Shown here: piece by piece, positions 11,356 to 20,616 of the stretch
How the letters are laid out: each line of letters opens with the position of its first letter
Position numbering within the stretch: the first letter of the stretch is position 1
Assembly: GCA_036488345.1 (NCBI GenBank)
Contig: DASXHS010000079.1
Coordinates: 1,092-65,091, forward strand
DNA: 64,000 nt
Source of the DNA: Candidatus Udaeobacter sp.
GTDB lineage: Bacteria; Verrucomicrobiota; Verrucomicrobiia; Chthoniobacterales; UBA10450
Direction: 5' to 3'
Notes under the pieces: generated by a model
The model's database searches: none
What the model was told of the DNA's origin: nothing
Seen by the model: the letters and a program-made list of their open reading frames with translations, nothing else
Translations under genes and position numbers: made by a program

Positions 11356-12129
11356 ATGAATTTGCGTTTCGTAATTTCTCTCATCGTCGCTGCGCTCAGC
11401 GCTCCGGTAATTTTCGCACAGGGAACGAATCAGCCGACCGTCGACGAACTCATTGCCAAGAACATTGAGGCCAAGGGCGGCGCGGCCGCGCTGAACAGCC
11501 TCCAAACATTGCGCTCAACTGGTAAATTGCTCGTGCCCATCCAGGGACAGATCGAGCTCGGCTATCTCCAAACAAAAAAGCGTCCAGATGAAGTGCGCAC
11601 CGAGGCGTCGCTCCAAGGGATGACGCAGATCGAGGCGTATGACGGCAAGGACGGCTGGAGAGTGTCACCCTTTTTCGGGCGTAAAGATCCCGAGCGCATG
11701 TCGGCTGATGATGTGAAAGCACTGGTGGAAGATACCGAGATCGATGGTCCGTTGGCCGATTGGAAAACAAAGGGCAGCACTGTTGAGTATCTCGGGACCG
11801 AGGATGTCGACGGGACGCCTGCGCACAAACTGAAGGTCGTCCGAAAAAACGGGGATGTTAGTTTTGTCTATTTGGATCCCGATCATTTCCTTGAGATCCG
11901 AATCGTGACGCAACGAGTGCGACACGGGGCGTACGAGGAAGTCGAAACGGATCTTGGCGACTATGAAAAAGCCGGCGGCGTATTTATTCCGACCTCAATT
12001 GCAGTCGGACCCAAGGGCTCAACCGACAAACAAGTGGTCGTCGTCGATAAAGTCGAAGCCAACGTGCCGGTGGACGACACGATATTTCATTTCCCCGGCC
12101 AAATAAATATTCCCCAACCACAGCGCTGA
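11356..12129 (+). CDS. Exported LolA-like / outer-membrane lipoprotein-sorting-like protein
   Basis: The start at MNLRFVISLIVAALSAPVIFAQG gives a signal peptide. The TVDELIAKNIEAKGGAAALNSLQTLRSTGKL motif is typical of LolA-like exported proteins. Function is tentative. Confidence 0.6.
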   Translation: MNLRFVISLIVAALSAPVIFAQGTNQPTVDELIAKNIEAKGGAAALNSLQTLRSTGKLLVPIQGQIELGYLQTKKRPDEVRTEASLQGMTQIEAYDGKDGWRVSPFFGRKDPERMSADDVKALVEDTEIDGPLADWKTKGSTVEYLGTEDVDGTPAHKLKVVRKNGDVSFVYLDPDHFLEIRIVTQRVRHGAYEEVETDLGDYEKAGGVFIPTSIAVGPKGSTDKQVVVVDKVEANVPVDDTIFHFPGQINIPQPQR

Positions 12130-12186
12130 ACAATAGATGAAGATATTTAATCACCAAAAACGACGTGAGGACAGGCCCACAGTTAC

Positions 12187-12238
12187 GGTAGGGACGGCGC
12201 GCTGCGCCGTCCGGACGCCGCAGCGCGGCGTCTTTACC
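12187..12238. repeat. GC-rich imperfect palindrome (ggtag...ctacc class)
   Basis: In ggtagggacggcgcgctgcgccgtccggacgccgcagcgcggcgtctttacc, the arms ggtagggacg/cgtctttacc and gcgcgctgcg/cgcagcgcggc are mutually complementary. Confidence 0.6.
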
Positions 12239-12241
12239 ATT

Positions 12242-15200
12242 GTGCGATGCGTTCTCGCATCGCTTTTTCTTTGTGCCATTCCTGTTTACGGAGCTGATGC
12301 TCCATTTAATTCCTCGAGCATTTCCGGGCTCGGGGCGCGGAACATCGGCTCGGCGGCAATGAGCGGACGGATCTCCAGCATCGCGGGAGTGCGCGAGCCA
12401 TCTGGCAAGATCACGCTCTTTGTGGGTTCGGCCAGCGGCGGCGTTTGGAAATCCGACGACAGCGGAACGCGGTATCACCCAATATTTGACGAACAAGCGG
12501 TGCAATCGATCGGCGCGATCGCGCTCGACCCGAAGAATTCTAAAAACGTTTGGATCGGCACTGGTGAAACGTGGACGCGCAACAGCGTTTCCATTGGGGA
12601 CGGAATCTACAAGTCCACCGATGGCGGCGAAACATGGTCGCGCGCTGGCCTCGAGAAATCGGAACGCATCGGACGGATTGCGGTTGATCCAAGAAACAGC
12701 GACACGGTATTCGCCGCGGTACCCGGCGCATTGTGGAGTGATTCGCCCGATCGTGGTTTGTATAAAACAACCGATGGCGGCAAGACGTGGCAACAAGTCC
12801 TGAAAGGCGCAAATCTTTCGACCGGTTGCACCGATGTGAAGATCGATCCGAGCAATCCCGACATCATGTTTGCCGCGATGTGGGATTTCCGGCGTAAAGG
12901 CTGGGAATACCGCTCGGGCGGCGCGGTTCCGACGGCGCCTTCAGCCAGTGGATTGTTCCGTTCGACCGATGGTGGCAACACTTGGACGGAGATTACTGAG
13001 CAGGTTAACAAAGGTTTCCCCAAGAAGCCGTATGGACGCTTGGCCGTGGCGATCGCGCCATCGAAATCGCAACGTGTTTACGCGTTTGTCGAATCGCCGG
13101 AGAGCGCGTTATTTGTCTCGGACGACGGCGGCGCGACATGGGACAAACGCGACAAAAGTCAGTGGATGGTCTGGCGTCCTTTCTATTTCGCCAACCTGAT
13201 TGTTGACCCCCAAAACCCAGACCGCCTCTTCAAACCCGACGGTTCATTGATCGTTAGCGAGGACGGCGGAAAGAGTTTTTCGGTAGTAGGCGGTTTTCAA
13301 GGCGCCCACGGGGACGCGCACGATGTCTGGATTGATCCGACCAACTCACAAGTCGTATTCTCGGGAGACGATGGCGGGATGTGGTACTCGTACAACGGCG
13401 GCAGCAAATGGTGGAAAGGCGAAAACCTACCTGTATCGCAGTTCTATCATGTGAGCGTCGATGGCAGCGACCCGTATCATGTGTATGGCGGGTTGCAGGA
13501 CAATAGTTCGTGGGTCGGCGACTCGGAGTACCCCGGAGGCATCACTAATCATCGTTGGGAAAACATGTTCAACGGCGATGGATTCTGGATGTTCCAAGAC
13601 CCGGCTGACGCTGACTACATCTACGCGGAGTACCAGGGAGGCGAGATCGGCCGGGTTAATCGCAACACACATGAGGCTCGTGACATCAAGCCACGACCGA
13701 ATTACAACGAGAAACTGCGGTTCAACTGGAACACGCCGATAGCACTTTCGCCTAACGAGAAGGGAACAATCTATATCGGCGCACAATTTTTATTCCGTTC
13801 ACGCGATCACGGCCAGACGTGGGATCGCATTTCACCGGACCTGACCACCAACGATCCTGAGAAACAAAAGCAGGAGCAATCTGGCGGAGTAACGGTCGAT
13901 AATTCGTCGGCGGAAATGCACACCACGATTTATTCCATTAGCGAATCGCCCAAGCAAAAAGGACTGATCTGGGTCGGCACTGATGATGGCAACGTTCAGC
14001 TCACGCGCGACGGCGGTAAAAACTGGACTAATGTCACCGGTAACATTCCCGGGTTGCCGAAGAATTCGTGGGTGAACTGGGTGCAGGCCAGCAACTTCAA
14101 TCCCGGCACGGCTTACGCCGCTTTTGATCGGCATACTTTTGGCGACATGGCGCCGTACGTTTTCAAAACCACTGATTTCGGTAAGACCTGGACGCCGCTC
14201 GTTACACCGCAGGATCCGAAGAGCGTTCGCGGCTACGCGCACGTGATTAAGGAGGATTTGGTTAAACCTGATCTTCTTTTCCTCGGGACGGAATTCGGAC
14301 TTTGGGTTTCGATTGATGGCGGGACAAGCTGGGCGCAATTCAAGGGCAACCATTTTCCTGCTGTTGCCGTTCGCGACCTGGCGATTCACCCGCGGGATAA
14401 CGATCTGGTTCTCGCCACGCACGGCCGCGGGATCTGGATAATAGACGACATCACGCCGCTGCGGGCGTTGACTCCGGATTTGTTGAAGCAGGATATTGCC
14501 TTCGTTTCCGCCCGGCCGGTCCAACAGCGTATTGAGGGGCAGGGTGGGTGGGCCAATGGCGACGCGGTTTTCGTTGGCGAGAATCCGCCTGACGCCGCCG
14601 TGATCAGCTATTATCAGCGCGAGCGGCATTTGTTTGGAAAAATGAAGCTCGAAATTTTGGATTCGTCCGGGCGTGTCGTTGACCAATTGCCGGCGAGCAA
14701 ACGACCTGGCTTGAACCGGGTGATGTGGACGATGCGAGCAAAACCGCCGCATGTGCCACCTGCTGCACAAATCGCCGTTGCGGGAATACGTGGACCGCGA
14801 CTTGTGCCGGGTGATTACACGGTGCGCCTAACGAAGGCAGGAAAAGTTTACGACACGAAACTAACGGTCGGGCTTGATCGCCGGGCGAAATTTAGCACGG
14901 CAGATCGCAAGGCGCAGTTCGATGCGGCGATGCGAGTTGTTGGGCTGTTTGACGACGAGAGCGCGTTAATGGCTCGGATTGTAGGCTTGCGACAAGCACT
15001 TGCCCAGACGGGCGCCGCAGTGCCGGACGGCGATCCGCTTCGCAAGCAGATCTCAGATTTCGACGGAAAAGTGGACGCAGTGCGAAAGAAGATCGTCGCC
15101 ACGACTGAAGGCGGCGCAATCACGGGCGAGGAACGTTTGCGTGAGCACACCGACCAGCTTTACGGAGCAATTCTGAGCTACGAAGGCAAACCCGCCACGT

Positions 15201-15433
15201 ATCAGATCACTTACATCGACACGCTTAAACGTGAACTCGATGAGGTTACGAAACAATTCGATCAACTCCTCACGCAGGACCTGCCCGCGTTAAACGACTC
15301 GATCAAGTCCAAAGGCCAACAACCACTTTCGACTCCGGCGGCTAAAGTCGGTGCGAGTGAAGAGACATATGGCTCGGATGGCGTTGCGGGTGCAAGCTCG
15401 GCCCTTCCAGCGGACTTCCGCATTTCGTACTAG
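12242..15433 (+). CDS. Large exported BNR/Asp-box (sortilin/VPS10-like) beta-propeller repeat protein
   Basis: At least 9 Asp-box motifs: STDGGETWS, TTDGGKTWQ, STDGGNTWT, SDDGGATWD, SEDGGKSFS, SRDHGQTWD, TRDGGKNWT, TTDFGKTWT, SIDGGTSWA. The GTG at 12242 gives a signal-like VRCVLASLFLCAIPVYGADA directly after the palindrome. The track start at 12137 would read through the repeat. Confidence 0.8.
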   Translation: MRCVLASLFLCAIPVYGADAPFNSSSISGLGARNIGSAAMSGRISSIAGVREPSGKITLFVGSASGGVWKSDDSGTRYHPIFDEQAVQSIGAIALDPKNSKNVWIGTGETWTRNSVSIGDGIYKSTDGGETWSRAGLEKSERIGRIAVDPRNSDTVFAAVPGALWSDSPDRGLYKTTDGGKTWQQVLKGANLSTGCTDVKIDPSNPDIMFAAMWDFRRKGWEYRSGGAVPTAPSASGLFRSTDGGNTWTEITEQVNKGFPKKPYGRLAVAIAPSKSQRVYAFVESPESALFVSDDGGATWDKRDKSQWMVWRPFYFANLIVDPQNPDRLFKPDGSLIVSEDGGKSFSVVGGFQGAHGDAHDVWIDPTNSQVVFSGDDGGMWYSYNGGSKWWKGENLPVSQFYHVSVDGSDPYHVYGGLQDNSSWVGDSEYPGGITNHRWENMFNGDGFWMFQDPADADYIYAEYQGGEIGRVNRNTHEARDIKPRPNYNEKLRFNWNTPIALSPNEKGTIYIGAQFLFRSRDHGQTWDRISPDLTTNDPEKQKQEQSGGVTVDNSSAEMHTTIYSISESPKQKGLIWVGTDDGNVQLTRDGGKNWTNVTGNIPGLPKNSWVNWVQASNFNPGTAYAAFDRHTFGDMAPYVFKTTDFGKTWTPLVTPQDPKSVRGYAHVIKEDLVKPDLLFLGTEFGLWVSIDGGTSWAQFKGNHFPAVAVRDLAIHPRDNDLVLATHGRGIWIIDDITPLRALTPDLLKQDIAFVSARPVQQRIEGQGGWANGDAVFVGENPPDAAVISYYQRERHLFGKMKLEILDSSGRVVDQLPASKRPGLNRVMWTMRAKPPHVPPAAQIAVAGIRGPRLVPGDYTVRLTKAGKVYDTKLTVGLDRRAKFSTADRKAQFDAAMRVVGLFDDESALMARIVGLRQALAQTGAAVPDGDPLRKQISDFDGKVDAVRKKIVATTEGGAITGEERLREHTDQLYGAILSYEGKPATYQITYIDTLKRELDEVTKQFDQLLTQDLPALNDSIKSKGQQPLSTPAAKVGASEETYGSDGVAGASSALPADFRISY

Positions 15434-15508
15434 CACGAACACGGAGTCCACATTCGGAAACATTCGAGTGGTTCCGCGGAAGATTGGAAGTTAATCTTTC
15501 GGGCGCCA

Positions 15509-16720
15509 ATGGAGCGCAAGCCTGCTGTCGCGGTCGTTTTTCATCACATCGGTCCTTATCACCATGCCCGGTTGAATGCTGCGGCGGACAGGTTATCGGT
15601 GACCGGTATTGAATGGTCAGCCAAAGGTTATGACGCATGGGGCGCAGCGAACACGCCTGAGCGCTATGCCAAAGTTTTGCTGTTCCAGGAAGCGACAGCT
15701 CAATCCCCATGCAACGCCGAGCTTCGGGCTGCGTTCTGGTCGGCCTTGGAGCAGACGAATCCAGATGTTGTCGCGGTTAATGGCTGGAATAATTTTGGAT
15801 CGCTCATTGCCGCGGATTGCTGTGTGCGCCGGGGGATACCCATGATCGTGATGTCTGAGAGCGCTCGGCAGGATGAACCTCGCACTTGGTGGAAGGAAGC
15901 CATGAAGCGGCGAATGGTTGATCTGTTCTCTGCCGCACTCGTGGGCGGCCAGCGCCACGTCGAGTATCTGGTGGAACTCGGAATGCCGCGCGAACGGATC
16001 TTCATCGGGTACGATGTAGTCGATAACGACTATTTTGGTCGACACACCGCCGAAATTCGAAATTCGAAATTCGAGATTCGGAATAAGCGCAGCTTGCCCG
16101 AGAACTACTTTCTTGCCTCAGCGCGGTTCGTCGAGAAGAAGAATCTTCCAAGGCTTATCCAAGCTTACGCGGAATATCGTCGGCGGTCCGAAATCGCAGC
16201 GAAAGTGCCGTGGGACCTCGTGCTTCTTGGTGATGGCCCGCTGCGGGAAACCCTCAACTCTCAACTCTCAACTCTCAATCTGAACGAGCGCGTGCATCTG
16301 CCAGGTTTCAAGCCGTACGATGAATTGCCGGTTTACTACGCTTTGGCGAATGCATTCGTGCATGCCAGCACGTCTGAGCAATGGGGCTTGGTCGTGAACG
16401 AAGCCATCGCGTCGGGCCTACCCGTGATTGTATCGAACCGATGTGGATGTGCACCGGAGCTGGTTAATGGCAACGGGTTTACTTTTGATCCAACTAACGA
16501 GGACGAGTTGGCGACGCGGCTGTTAGAGATGGCTTCATTGTCGGATCAGGAGCGAAGGCGCATCGGCGAGAACAGCTACAGGATCGCAGCGAATTTCGCG
16601 CCGGAACGGTTTGGTGAAGGGTTCGAGCGCGCAGCCAGCATGGCGATGGAAGTTCCGCAAAAGAGATTTGGAGTAATGGATCGCGCGCTGTTACTCGTCG
16701 CAGCAAGTTATGCGCGATGA
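15509..16720 (+). CDS. Glycosyltransferase family 4 (GT-B, RfaG-like)
   Basis: 403-aa ORF with the C-terminal GT4 signature SEQWGLVVNEAIASGLPVIVSNRCGCAPELV. Confidence 0.85.
   Translation: MERKPAVAVVFHHIGPYHHARLNAAADRLSVTGIEWSAKGYDAWGAANTPERYAKVLLFQEATAQSPCNAELRAAFWSALEQTNPDVVAVNGWNNFGSLIAADCCVRRGIPMIVMSESARQDEPRTWWKEAMKRRMVDLFSAALVGGQRHVEYLVELGMPRERIFIGYDVVDNDYFGRHTAEIRNSKFEIRNKRSLPENYFLASARFVEKKNLPRLIQAYAEYRRRSEIAAKVPWDLVLLGDGPLRETLNSQLSTLNLNERVHLPGFKPYDELPVYYALANAFVHASTSEQWGLVVNEAIASGLPVIVSNRCGCAPELVNGNGFTFDPTNEDELATRLLEMASLSDQERRRIGENSYRIAANFAPERFGEGFERAASMAMEVPQKRFGVMDRALLLVAASYAR
16052..16079 (+). repeat. In-frame heptanucleotide tandem repeat (gaaattc x3 + gagattc) inside the GT4 gene
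   Basis: Read directly: gaaattc gaaattc gaaattc gagattc, encoding EIRNSKFEIR. Confidence 0.9.
16253..16280 (+). repeat. In-frame heptanucleotide tandem repeat (ctcaact x3 + ctcaatc) inside the GT4 gene
   Basis: Read directly: ctcaact ctcaact ctcaact ctcaatc, encoding LNSQLSTLN. It starts exactly 201 nt after the first heptad tract. Confidence 0.9.
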
Positions 16721-17454
16721 AAGAGAATGATCCGGTAGCAGAGTATTTCGATAAGCTTCCGGAGACTCACAAGCGCCAGTTCGAGGAGCACGCGTCGGGT
16801 GCAAACTTCAATTTTCAAGAACGTCTGGCACTCGCGTGTGAATTAGGTGGCGCGTTGTCGGGGCGATTGCTCGACTGCGCGGCAGGCACAGGTGAGATAA
16901 CACGCGGATTACTCAAGTCGGGCCGATTTAATCACGCGACCGTCGTCGATGTTTCGCCGGCGATGTTGCAGAGCGCAAAGGACCTTCTCACTTCGCAAAT
17001 CAAAAACGCGGAACTTGAATTCGTTCAGTCAGACGTGTTCAACTTCAAGCCATCGGATTCGCGTTTCGATCTTATTCTTTGCCTGGGATTGATTGCGCAT
17101 ACTGGACGGCTGGACATTTTACTACCGCATTTGAAATCGATGCTCATGCCTGGCGGTCGAATTATTTTGCAGACAACACTGACGAATCATCTCGGCACAC
17201 GCATCGTCCGCGCACTTACTTCGCGAAGTGAGCTGGCCCGGCGCGGATACCGCATTTCCTGGTTCTCTCAACAAAACGTCTCCGGCGCGTGCGACCGCGC
17301 CGGGTTGCGAATTCTGGAGACGCGGCGCCACATCGTTGGTTTTCCGTTCGGCGATCGCTTGTGGCCGTGGGCAAATTTTCAAATCGAAACTCGCCTGGAG
17401 AAATGGGCGAGCCACCACGGGGCCGACGCAATTTATCTGCTCGGAGCTGGATGA
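16717..17454 (+). CDS. Class I SAM-dependent methyltransferase
   Basis: The motif I-like sequence LLDCAAGTGEITRGLL is present. The start overlaps the upstream GT4 stop, and the stop overlaps the downstream start (ATGA at 17451-17454). Confidence 0.75.
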   Translation: MKENDPVAEYFDKLPETHKRQFEEHASGANFNFQERLALACELGGALSGRLLDCAAGTGEITRGLLKSGRFNHATVVDVSPAMLQSAKDLLTSQIKNAELEFVQSDVFNFKPSDSRFDLILCLGLIAHTGRLDILLPHLKSMLMPGGRIILQTTLTNHLGTRIVRALTSRSELARRGYRISWFSQQNVSGACDRAGLRILETRRHIVGFPFGDRLWPWANFQIETRLEKWASHHGADAIYLLGAG

Positions 17455-18611
17455 GAGTCGGTTTTCTGGTCAGCAGCGTTTCCCGCAAAGCGGGCGGACT
17501 GTTTCAAAGCGTACGCGGACTTGCCAAAGCGGTAGCATCCGCGAATGCGGATGTGCGAGTGTTTGGGATCCGCGACGAACAGAGTGCTGTCGATTCGGAG
17601 GAGTGGCAGCCGCTTTCGGTTCAGACGTTTCGTCCGCGAGTGCGCGTGTGGGGTTACTCAAACGAGCTCGTCCCCGCGATGCTCGACGCCGATCTCGACA
17701 TTCTGTCCGTGCACGGTTTGTGGAAATATTGCTCTGTCGGCTCGCATCGCTGGCATCGGCAGACGGGTCGCCCTTATGTCGTTCATCCGCACGGAATGTT
17801 GGAACCTTGGGCGGTGCGAAACGCAATGTGGAAAAAACGAATCGCTGCGCTTCTTTATGAAAATCAACATTTGCGCGGGGCCGCTTGCGTGCGCGCCCTC
17901 TCGGAAGCTGAAGCACAATCGATCCGCAGTTATGGGTTACGCAACCCGATTTGCGTGATTCCCAATGGGGTTGATTTGCCGGCTCTTGGCGAAGGCAACG
18001 CGAAAAGTCAGCCGGCCAATCGAAAAACTCTCCTCTACCTTGGTCGACTTCACCCGAAGAAAAATATCTCGAATCTGATTCGCGCATGGAGCGACACTTT
18101 TAACTCTCAACGCGGCAGCGCCGGCGGTTGGGTCCTCGCAATCGCCGGATGGGATCACGGCGGGTACGAGAGCGAACTCAAGCGTGTTGCAACTGGGGCT
18201 TCGGTCGTTTTTCTCGGCCCGAAATTCGGCGCGGGCAAAAGCGAATGCTATCGCTCGTGTGACGCATTTATCCTGCCGTCATTGAGTGAAGGGCTTCCGA
18301 TGGCGGTGCTTGAAGCGTGGTCATACGCGAAGCCCGTACTAATGACTCCCGAGTGTAATCTGCCCGAAGGTTTCAAGGCCGATGCGGCGCTGCGAATTGG
18401 AACAACTCGCCAGGAAATTGCCGCCGGTCTGAAAGTACTGATCGAAATGAGTGATAATGATCGAAGCCAAATGGGAAATCGCGGGCGAGCCCTCGTCGCA
18501 ACAAATTTTTCGTGGCCACGAATTGGCGACCAAATGCGCTCGGTCTATGAGTGGATGCTTGGCGGGCCGACGCCGGAAACCGTGAGATTGTGCGAACAGG
18601 GCACCTCATAA
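17451..18611 (+). CDS. Glycosyltransferase family 4
   Basis: The ATG at 17451 gives MRVGFLVSSVSRKAGGL, a typical GT4 N-terminus. The C-terminal motif is LPSLSEGLPMAVLEAWSYAKPVLMT. The track start at 17289 overlaps the methyltransferase. Confidence 0.85.
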   Translation: MRVGFLVSSVSRKAGGLFQSVRGLAKAVASANADVRVFGIRDEQSAVDSEEWQPLSVQTFRPRVRVWGYSNELVPAMLDADLDILSVHGLWKYCSVGSHRWHRQTGRPYVVHPHGMLEPWAVRNAMWKKRIAALLYENQHLRGAACVRALSEAEAQSIRSYGLRNPICVIPNGVDLPALGEGNAKSQPANRKTLLYLGRLHPKKNISNLIRAWSDTFNSQRGSAGGWVLAIAGWDHGGYESELKRVATGASVVFLGPKFGAGKSECYRSCDAFILPSLSEGLPMAVLEAWSYAKPVLMTPECNLPEGFKADAALRIGTTRQEIAAGLKVLIEMSDNDRSQMGNRGRALVATNFSWPRIGDQMRSVYEWMLGGPTPETVRLCEQGTS

Positions 18612-18706
18612 TGTCATTCTGAGCGGAGCGAAGAATCGCGGATCACATTCCAGGTCGATCTTGAACGGAATAGACCAGAGATGTTTCGCTTCGCTCAACA
18701 TGACAA
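18612..18706. repeat. Family-A MITE-like inverted-repeat element (tgtcattc-gagcg-agcgaag arms)
   Basis: The left arm tgtcattctgagcggagcgaagaatc pairs with the reverse complement of the right arm, tgtcatgttgagcgaagcgaaacatc. The element starts immediately after the GT4 TAA stop. Confidence 0.75.
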
Positions 18707-18773
18707 CGCGATTTATGAGGTGCGCCCTGGGGCCTCTTTATGATAGCTAATATCGTCCGAGATTTGACTTGCT

Positions 18774-19319
18774 ATGCTGGATGTTGAGCAGAATCGCCGA
18801 GCGCAGAAGTACACACCCAGCGAGATGAGTCGCCGCGTGCTGTGGACGTTCGCACAGCCGCTTTTCCGGTTCAGTCCAAGGCCTTGTTTTGGTTGGAGAC
18901 GATTTCTGCTTCGCTGTTTTGGAGCAAAGATTGGCCGAAGTGTGAATGTCTACCCATCGGCGACGATTTATTTCCCGTGGAATCTCGAGGCTGGAGATGA
19001 AAGCGCGATCTCCGAGCACGTTTTTATTTATAATCTTGGCCGCGTAACGCTCGGGTCGCGCGTCACGATCTCGCATCGCGCGCATCTTTGCGCGGGAACG
19101 CACGATCATACCAAGCCGGATTTTCCGCTGCTACGTCCGCCGATTGTGATTGGCTCCGACGCGTGGGTTTGTGCGGATGCTTTCGTGGGCCCGGGTGTCA
19201 CGGTTGGCGAGGGAGCAATTGTTGGTGCACGAGCAGTTGCGATGAAGGATGTGGAACCTCGAAGCATCGTCGTCGGAAACCCCGCGCGGGAACGCAAGAA
19301 ACGGGAGAGCACTCAATGA
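18774..19319 (+). CDS. Hexapeptide-repeat O-acetyltransferase (WcaF-like)
   Basis: The N-terminal region FRFSPRPCFGWRRFLLRCFGAKIG is followed by left-handed beta-helix repeats (IGSDAWVCADAFVGPGVTVGEGAIVGARAV). Confidence 0.8.
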   Translation: MLDVEQNRRAQKYTPSEMSRRVLWTFAQPLFRFSPRPCFGWRRFLLRCFGAKIGRSVNVYPSATIYFPWNLEAGDESAISEHVFIYNLGRVTLGSRVTISHRAHLCAGTHDHTKPDFPLLRPPIVIGSDAWVCADAFVGPGVTVGEGAIVGARAVAMKDVEPRSIVVGNPARERKKRESTQ

Positions 19320-19401
19320 GGCGCTTTGCCGAGTCAGAAATTGGCGTTTGACACAAACGCCCTACACCCGGCGCGACATTTCGCTTCGAGGCGCGCCTAG
19401 C

Positions 19402-19689
19402 CTACATGCCTTCCACCAGAATCATGTTTGTTCTGGCGGTGCGATGACGCATTTTGCGCGGCTCGCGATATTCTTCGCAGTTCAGCCATTCTTTGGCGCG
19501 CTGCGCTGATTCGAACTCGAGTACCACAATGCGCTTGGGCTGCCGATCGCCTTCGAGCAGTTCGGTTTTGCCGCCGCGCACGATGTATTTTCCGCCATAC
19601 TTCTCGACGCTCGCACCGGCGAGCTTTTTATATTCTTCGTAACCGACCGGATCGAGGATCTCTATCTCGACGATAATGTAAGCTGGCAT
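19402..19689 (-). CDS. DUF1330 family protein
   Basis: 95 aa. MPAYIIVEIEILDPVGYEEYKKLAGASVEKYGGKYIVRGG matches the DUF1330 pattern. Confidence 0.7.
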   Translation of the reverse strand: MPAYIIVEIEILDPVGYEEYKKLAGASVEKYGGKYIVRGGKTELLEGDRQPKRIVVLEFESAQRAKEWLNCEEYREPRKMRHRTARTNMILVEGM

Positions 19690-19831
19690 GGCTAAATTGA
19701 AGTGGAGTTAAAGTGTTGAATGGTTTAAGCCCAAAGCCGCGTCAAGCCGCCGCACTCCAAAGAGCGCCACGCGCGCGAAAAAATTCGTCGACTCATCATT
19801 AGTGGTCATTACTTAGTAGCCAGCATCGCAT

Positions 19832-20560
19832 TCAGTGGCCGTTAGCGCTGCGGTCTTTTGCGGCAAGCTCAGGAATTTTCCTTCGTCGCCGCAGCCGCAA
19901 CCAATTGTTCCAGGTTTTGCGCAAGCTGTCTCGCGGGGTCTGGTATTGCTGGTTTAGTTCGTTGCTCTTTACGATCTGCGCGAGAATTCCTTTCACGGAA
20001 AAGTCGTCCGTATTGATGATCGTGTAAGCGGTGCCAACAGCGGCGGCGTGATGTGCGTCGCTGGCCGCAGTCATTGGGAGACCGCGGATCTGCGCGTATT
20101 TGAAAGCGTAACGGTTGTAACGGCGAAGCGTCGTTGCTGCGTTAAAAACCTCGATCGCGTCCACCGGAAGCGTCTCTAGCGTAGCGAACCGGATTCCAGC
20201 GCGAAACAAATCATACGGATGCGGAGGAATGGCCAGTCCCCCGCGCTCGTGGATCATGTCGCAGACCTCGCGAGCCGGTTTTCCCTTCAGGTAAGGCAAC
20301 TCGGCACCGATACAAAGGAGGTGCCCGTCCGCGGTAGTCACCTCGACTCCCGGCAGAATGAGAAAATCATCTACCGGCAATCCGTCGAGTCGCATCAAGC
20401 CTTTTTGGAGCAGGTAATTGACCGCATCGCATGTGTTGTGATCGGTGATTGCAAAGCCATGCAAACCTTTGGCGCGCGCGGCTGCGATCATGTCTTCCGG
20501 ACTGGAGACACCGTCCCCGGAAAAAAACGAGTGTGTGTGCAGGTCGATGTTGAATGCCAT
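19832..20560 (-). CDS. PHP-domain metal-dependent phosphoesterase
   Basis: The N-terminus IDLHTHSFFSGDG...AITDHNT carries the PHP His/Asp motifs. ASDAHHAAAVG lies further along the protein, in its C-terminal half. Confidence 0.75.
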   Translation of the reverse strand: MAFNIDLHTHSFFSGDGVSSPEDMIAAARAKGLHGFAITDHNTCDAVNYLLQKGLMRLDGLPVDDFLILPGVEVTTADGHLLCIGAELPYLKGKPAREVCDMIHERGGLAIPPHPYDLFRAGIRFATLETLPVDAIEVFNAATTLRRYNRYAFKYAQIRGLPMTAASDAHHAAAVGTAYTIINTDDFSVKGILAQIVKSNELNQQYQTPRDSLRKTWNNWLRLRRRRKIPELAAKDRSANGH

Positions 20561-20616
20561 TGCCTAAAGGCCAGGAATAAGGAGTTAAAAGAATTAGATG
20601 GTTACAAAGGTGATCG

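Noticed and set aside
13832-14770. A 312-aa minus-strand ORF. The 270-aa ORF at 11984-12796 on the minus strand belongs with it.
   Set aside because: Both lie antisense to the Asp-box propeller gene, whose repeated SxDxGxTW motifs fix the real frame.
19343-19361. A hairpin ggcgttt-gacac-aaacgcc between convergent genes, as a bidirectional terminator.
   Set aside because: The stem is only 7 bp and neither side has a convincing U-tract. It is too weak to call.
19727-19770. A GC-rich motif, aagcccaaagccgcgtcaagccgccgcactccaaagagcgcc, that resembles repeat elements common in Verrucomicrobia and Planctomycetes.
   Set aside because: There is only one copy in this window, so repeat status cannot be supported from the sequence given.
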